DNA of 64,000 nucleotides. Origin: Ramazzottius varieornatus (lineage: Eukaryota; Animalia; Tardigrada). The DNA lies in the NCBI GenBank assembly GCA_001949185.1, contig BDGG01000002.1, forward strand, positions 1,795,826 through 1,859,825, written 5' to 3'. Both the position numbers and the translations under genes were made by a program. The notes under the pieces were generated by a model, which was not told where the DNA came from, did not search any database, and was given only the letters and a program-made list of their open reading frames with translations. Positions 61,601 to 64,000 of the stretch are shown here, one piece after another (positions within the stretch are counted from its first letter, which is position 1; every line of letters starts with the position of its first letter).

Positions 61601-62761
61601 TCGGTGATGGAAGAATCGTCCGCCTCCATTCGGCTACCCACTTCCGCTTTGTCTTTCACGGTCGACGAAACCTCGTTATCTTCCTCGACAGGATTCTCAC
61701 ATTCTGTTACCGTCACCGTCTGTCCCAGCATCTGCTTCTTGTCGAACGTCTTAGCTTCCGCTACATCCGCCTTGGACGAAAACTGAACAAAGGCTATATC
61801 TGCAAAAAGGAAAGTTCATAAGAAATAGTTTCGACCAGAGCGTTTTTCCATTGGCGCATATGTTTAGTGATAGGGGCTAAGATCGTGCGCCACATGGGAA
61901 AACGATCTGGTCGAGTTTGTTTGCCGAGTTCCCAAATACGAACTAAGTTCGAATTTTATCGGAACAAACCTTTTGCTTTCTTAGGTAAATGCACACGCAG
62001 AGGGTTCAGTCCTACGAAGAATTCTCGAATGATGGCCTTGTTGACTCCCTTGGGCAGATGTTTAATCTTAAGAGCGTCCTTCATCTTGTTAAAATTCTCA
62101 TTTGGCTTTGTAGTCTCTTCAACGTCTTCCTGCACATTCTTTGCCACTTGCAAACCTTTCTTCGACTTTAATTCAGCGGCTGCATCATCGTTACTCCACG
62201 TGCCCTTGTTAGCCGTGTCCTTGCCCCGTTGGTTGATGGAGAAGAACTCGAGAAACTGCGGATCATTGCGCAGACTTTCGATGGCTTCTTTCTCCTTGTC
62301 CGTCAAAAGTGGATTCCGCAACAACTGACCGAGCCTGTTCTCCTCCTGTTTGGCAGGTTTTTCCTTCTTAATTTCCTTGGGTTTCTTGTCAGGATGGGCT
62401 TTGGAAAATCGTGAGGAGTCCGCGCTGTGTTGACTCCATGAACGAGAATTGTCAGCGTCGCCCAAGTGACGACACGGCTCTACTTGGATGCGCGATGTGT
62501 CGATGAAGGTGTTGTGGAAGTATGTTTGGGCTGCTTGAGCGTCTTCTTCCCGCTGGAAACCGATGAAGGCAAACTTGCGGAAGACACCGTTGGGTCCATA
62601 CTTCAGCTTGACATCGGTGATGGTGCCTTTCTCTTCAAAGACGGAACGCAATCGCTTCTCCGTGATCTACGAAGCAAACAGGCCACATTTCGATTCCGGA
62701 AGGCGGAAGGTGCTGAAAAACTTACCCCGTTCGGAAGATTCTTGATGATGAGCCGCGACAT
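58668..62761 (-). CDS. RBM19: RNA-binding protein 19 (Mrd1 ortholog), multi-RRM ribosome biogenesis factor
   Basis: MSRLIIKNLP..FRKFAFIGF, WSND, GRLFVRNLPF, AAVKVALGETQIV, LFLEWAP, LSMGYGFVEF, KIMVRNIPFQA, THLYSRRLVLEWA. Confidence 0.95.
60375..60495. repeat. Intronic palindromic repeat, one unit, in an RBM19 intron
   Basis: GTGGCGCAC 60412-60420, 25 nt, degenerate core 60446-60454, then gggaaaacgatcttgtcgaatgtgttgcccgagctccc. Confidence 0.78.
61830..61933. repeat. Intronic palindromic repeat, one unit, in an RBM19 intron
   Basis: TTGGCGCAT 61851-61859, 25 nt, GTGCGCCAC 61885-61893, then atgggaaaacgatctggtcgagtttgtttgccgagttccc. Confidence 0.82.
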
Positions 62762-63217
62762 CCTGGCGATGGACTTGGGAATGAAAGGTGGTCAGAAGAC
62801 TCAGATCTAAAGGGGAAGAAACGACCGAGAATTTCGCCGAGAAATTTTCGATCGTGTAATCAATCAACAGTTACTTCCGCCGTCAATCATTGCTCCATGT
62901 CACGTAGCTATCGTGACGTCAGTTGTTGACATTCACCAGCAGCATTGATTTACTCGTGTCTTGATTTGATGGGATGACTGGCTTACGATTTCGTCGATTT
63001 TCATCTTTGATGTCATGATGTTCTGATTACAACCGGAAGTCTTCTTCCCAACGTTCTATCGGAACCCATCCTCTGTTCCTCTAGCAGCTATCCGGATTCC
63101 GTCAGAAATAGACTTATGGACTGATGGGACGTGTTATGGGTATCCTGGCACGGCCTCACATGACAGAGGTCGGAAGGAGGGGATCGATAATGTGAGTTGC
63201 AACTGACTACGATATCG

Positions 63218-63527
63218 ATGGTGCGCCGCAGGTGGCTTCGTTTGATTAGTGTCGGTGCGCTCATATGGACGCTGGCCACAATCTCATTCTTCGCCTTGAC
63301 TTCACGTGTTCCAACGATGTTTTGGAATGAAGATGAGGGCAACTTGATCCATGAAGGCCAGCACTATGTCAAGAAGGACGGCCAGGATCATCTGGAAGCC
63401 AAAGACCTGATGGCCCTGTCCGACGCCTTCAAGAAAGCTGACGATAACCACGACAACTACTTGACGCTGGACGAACTGGAAAAATGGATTGCTACCAGAA
63501 TCAGCCAGCATCTGAATGATGGAGAAG
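63218..63527 (+). CDS. First coding exon of a secretory-pathway EF-hand protein (CREC family, Cab45/SDF4-like), divergent from RBM19
   Basis: N-terminal hydrophobic segment, EF-hand FKKADDNHDNYLTLDELEKWI, donor site after 63527; the rest of the gene is not resolved in the window. Confidence 0.65.
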
Positions 63528-64000
63528 GTAGGTCTCAAAGTGGGCTTCCAGGGAATATCCACGAATAAGCAGCGATGCCTACTACGGTTGAGCTTCTGTG
63601 ATCTGTCGAACTCTGTCGGCGGCTTACAGGGGGATTATGCCTGCCTCTTATTGGTCAAACTGTCCTGGCGGAATAATAGAGGAGACTCGTCAGGAGAGTC
63701 TTTTCTAGAATCTGAGTCAGGTAGCTAAATCCTGCGACGATCATGGATTAATCTTATCTACAAAAACTCTGAAATGAAAGTCCATTGACCAATGACCGCT
63801 TCAGCAAGCTCCGCGCTGCAGTGACGAAAAGCCCCCTGATTGGGAAGGTTGATTGGAGAAATTTCGACAAATTGCTCAGCTGATCGGCTTTTTTGTCGCA
63901 CAGCCACCGAATAGTCGATCAAAACACGCTAACGATGCGTGATGGCACACCATCCAGTCCAATCTGACGATACAGCTGCAATTGCAGCTGTCGAATCAGT

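Noticed and set aside
1848-61893. CRISPR-like reading of the repeat-spacer palindromes
   Set aside because: The repeats are inverted, there are at most two units per locus, they lie in eukaryotic introns, and no cas genes are present.
1-64000. tRNA, rRNA or snoRNA genes
   Set aside because: None recognised by eye; a covariance-model search would be needed to exclude them.

Overview
Compact, intron-rich animal genomic DNA. Short GT-AG introns, moderate GC and the gene content are consistent with a small invertebrate genome such as a tardigrade; that assignment is inference. Host genes in order: a partial AT-hook ORF (-), cysteine dioxygenase CDO1 (+), LRRC58 (+), a NIT-domain transmembrane guanylyl cyclase (-), a GT31 beta-1,3-glycosyltransferase (-), a SERHL-like hydrolase (-), a CYP2-clan P450 (+), an M14A carboxypeptidase (+), a truncated P450 pseudogene (+), a stand-alone crammer/CTLA-2-like I29 inhibitor (+), a 12-Cys secreted peptide (-), a clip-domain serine protease homolog (+), RBM19 (-) and the start of a CREC-family EF-hand gene (+). 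Two transposon-rich tracts (about 3-13 kb and 31-51 kb) contain a CRE-like non-LTR fragment, hAT elements and MITEs with 8-bp TSDs, pogo-like, maT (DD37D), Tc5-like and piggyBac remnants. Two observations stand out. (1) CDO1 and LRRC58, reported in mammals as the E3-ligase adaptor that degrades CDO1, are consecutive co-oriented genes with no recognisable host gene between them. (2) A palindromic element GTGGCGCAC-N25-GTGCGCCAC occurs as 13 units at 9 loci, all inside introns, with nearly fixed spacer length but divergent spacer sequence. All exon and repeat coordinates were read by eye and may be off by a few bases.
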